The notes under the pieces: model-generated
Seen by the model: the letters and a program-made list of their open reading frames with translations, nothing else
The model's database searches: none
Told to the model about the DNA's origin: nothing
Position numbers and translations under genes: made by a program
In this document: positions 32,916-34,854 of the stretch, in pieces
Layout of the letters: every line of letters begins with the position of its first letter
Position numbering within the stretch: position 1 is the stretch's first letter
Origin: Macrostomum lignano
Taxonomy: Eukaryota
Length of the DNA stretch: 34,854 nucleotides
Reading direction: 5' to 3'
NCBI GenBank assembly: GCA_002269645.1
Contig: NIVC01004800.1
Span: forward strand, 1 to 34,854

Positions 32916-34854
32916 ATTGCTGTTGCTGCTAATCTTAGTCCGAAGAAATTTCGATAATTTTTTAGGGGGAAGATCTCAGCTAGCCAAGAAAAGCAAAGCA
33001 AGACGGAGATCCTGGTCTATTTTATCCGCATCTCCATCTCCTGCCCCTGTTCTCACCCCACCCCTATCCCTCGCTCTGGTTTCCCCACACTCTCCCTGCT
33101 TCCTTATCCCCCATTTCTCGACCCCCTTCCCTGTCCCTGGTCCCTTGGAGCGCGCAAGTGAGGGGAGAACCCATTGGTAAGAGGCTGCTCAAGCAGGCCT
33201 TGGATGGCGGGGTAGGGGCGGCTTGAGAATGGGTCGCTTGGGCAAATCCAATAGTGCCAATGCTCCACTCACTGTCCCTCCTTCCCCACCCTCCGTCATT
33301 CTCTTCTCTGCCCTTCCGTCGCCGCCGTTGCCTCTGCCAGCCTCCACTCTCGGTTGCTGTCCACATATTCTCAATTCCCAATTCCAGCATCCAGAGCGTC
33401 ATCAATCCAATCGACACTGGGTGGACCATTTTTCTTTCCTTTTCCTCTTCCTCTGCGTCTTCTCTCTCTTCCCCTTGCCGCCTTAAGACGAGGGCGTGCA
33501 TTCATTTTTCTTTATTCTTGAATGATGTTGAAGGGGAGCTTGTGAAGGCTGGAAAGGCTGATTTTTTGAGTCCACAGTAGTGGAGCAGGGTGGCTGAAGT
33601 GAGATTGGTGGCGCTAAGAGGATTGGCGGATGCCCGATCGGCGTGTGTCTGCGCGAGTGTGTTTTTTGGCGAAGTTTGTGCTCGCATTCTTGGTGTTCTG
33701 CGCTAGAATAATCCCGGTCCCTAATCCCACACTGGGCCCCACGGATGCCTCAGTGAGGCTTCGCCCTCGTCTTACCGAAGGATCCCATCTTTGCCTCTAT
33801 GAACTCTCTTTCTCTCGATCTTTGCCTCTCCCGCACTCCCCGGTCTCTCTCCGTGCCCAGCAGCTCCTGAGCTAGCTGGCAAGCACAAGTGGCGCACTCT
33901 TTTCTCCACTCGGTGGGTTGATGCAAATCCCCCTTCTTGCCCTCTTATCCATGCTGGCCCAACTTGAATCGGTCGGGGGGGGGGGGGTTAAGGCCCGCGT
34001 CTCGCACGCGAGGCCGCCACACTGCTGGATAATTTACACAGGCGTCTATAGATTGCTTTAGCTTTTTCTTTGCATATACATGCATATGTATACACACGTA
34101 TACATAGTCTGCGCCTATCATCAATATGCGAGGCTTGTCATGATCGGATTTGATGTAAGAGAAATCGTTCCAGTCGCTGATTGGCTGTTCTGCGCTGTTC
34201 TAGGATTTATCATCAACTGAAAGTTATCTCCAGACTACGATGAGCACACCATTTAGACAGACAATTGCAGACTTCGATTTTATATTCCTGATTGAGCAAG
34301 AGATGAAATGCAATTTTCTGATCCCTCTGGGAAGAGGCAGGCCCAACTGCCTCATCCCTCTATTTGCTTCGTTCGCTCCAGTCTTGCTCCTTTCATTTTG
34401 CTGCGCCGACATACAACAAGGCAGTGTTGATTGACTAGGAGAGGAAAAGGCGGTCAAGTTGCCCAGACCGGTCTGTCAGGCTAAGGAGATTGAAATCTAC
34501 AGTCTGGATTAAAAACTGCTTTCTAAAAAATCGCTCGTCTTACATCTTTAACACTGTCGACTTGAAACTCTATACAAAATTTTTAACAAATGCTTCAAAA
34601 AGACATTCCTATAAAGTTGTAATACCAGCTCATGCATCAAATATTTTTTCTAAAAGAACAATCCGATGAATAAGACAAACGAAGGACGTCTTAATCTTGG
34701 ACGTCCTCCAAGACGTCCTTGGACAAAGCTTAAGAATCCGCCAACGAATAATTCCAACAATATAGAAAACATATTTTTGTTATTGCTCCAAGTATCTATG
34801 TAGAGATCTCTTTGGCTCAGCTATCCAGTCCGGTCAAAATGAAATGCAAATGCC

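Noticed and set aside
32917-34000. Cluster of short overlapping ORFs in purine/pyrimidine-skewed DNA (similar tracts at ~20000-20330 and 21540-21910)
   Set aside because: Compositional skew explains the open frames. No domain or element ends were recognised.
34681-34725. Clustered GGACGTCC/GACGTC palindromes
   Set aside because: Probably a MITE subterminal fragment, but no partner end is visible before the window edge.

Overview
Eukaryotic (animal) genomic DNA with spliceosomal GT-AG introns. The CAG/GCC-rich, polyQ/polyA-laden coding style and dense simple repeats suggest a free-living flatworm such as Macrostomum; this is inference and cannot be verified here. The first ~11 kb is a graveyard of dead transposons: two long-TIR DD34D mariners, a Charlie/SPIN-type hAT transposase, nested MITEs and a possible Gypsy gag. 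This block is almost free of CpG and shows CpG and, unusually, CpA/TpG->TpA changes resembling fungal RIP. A 24-bp minisatellite is followed by four plus-strand genes: MKK4/MAP2K4 (2 exons), TMUB (2 exons), an ATRX-type ADD-domain protein with no SNF2 helicase (3 exons), and the first exon of tankyrase. A 340-aa intronless orphan ORF lies on the minus strand after that exon. Top leads: (1) a tRNA-derived SINE in the MKK4 intron carries an exact 41-bp copy of the activation-segment sequence of the next MKK4 exon; (2) the RIP-like CpA mutation signature can be read directly by comparing a transposon's own two TIRs; (3) the stand-alone ADD protein; (4) a fold-back element with a telomere-like core whose subrepeat matches a satellite 6 kb away.
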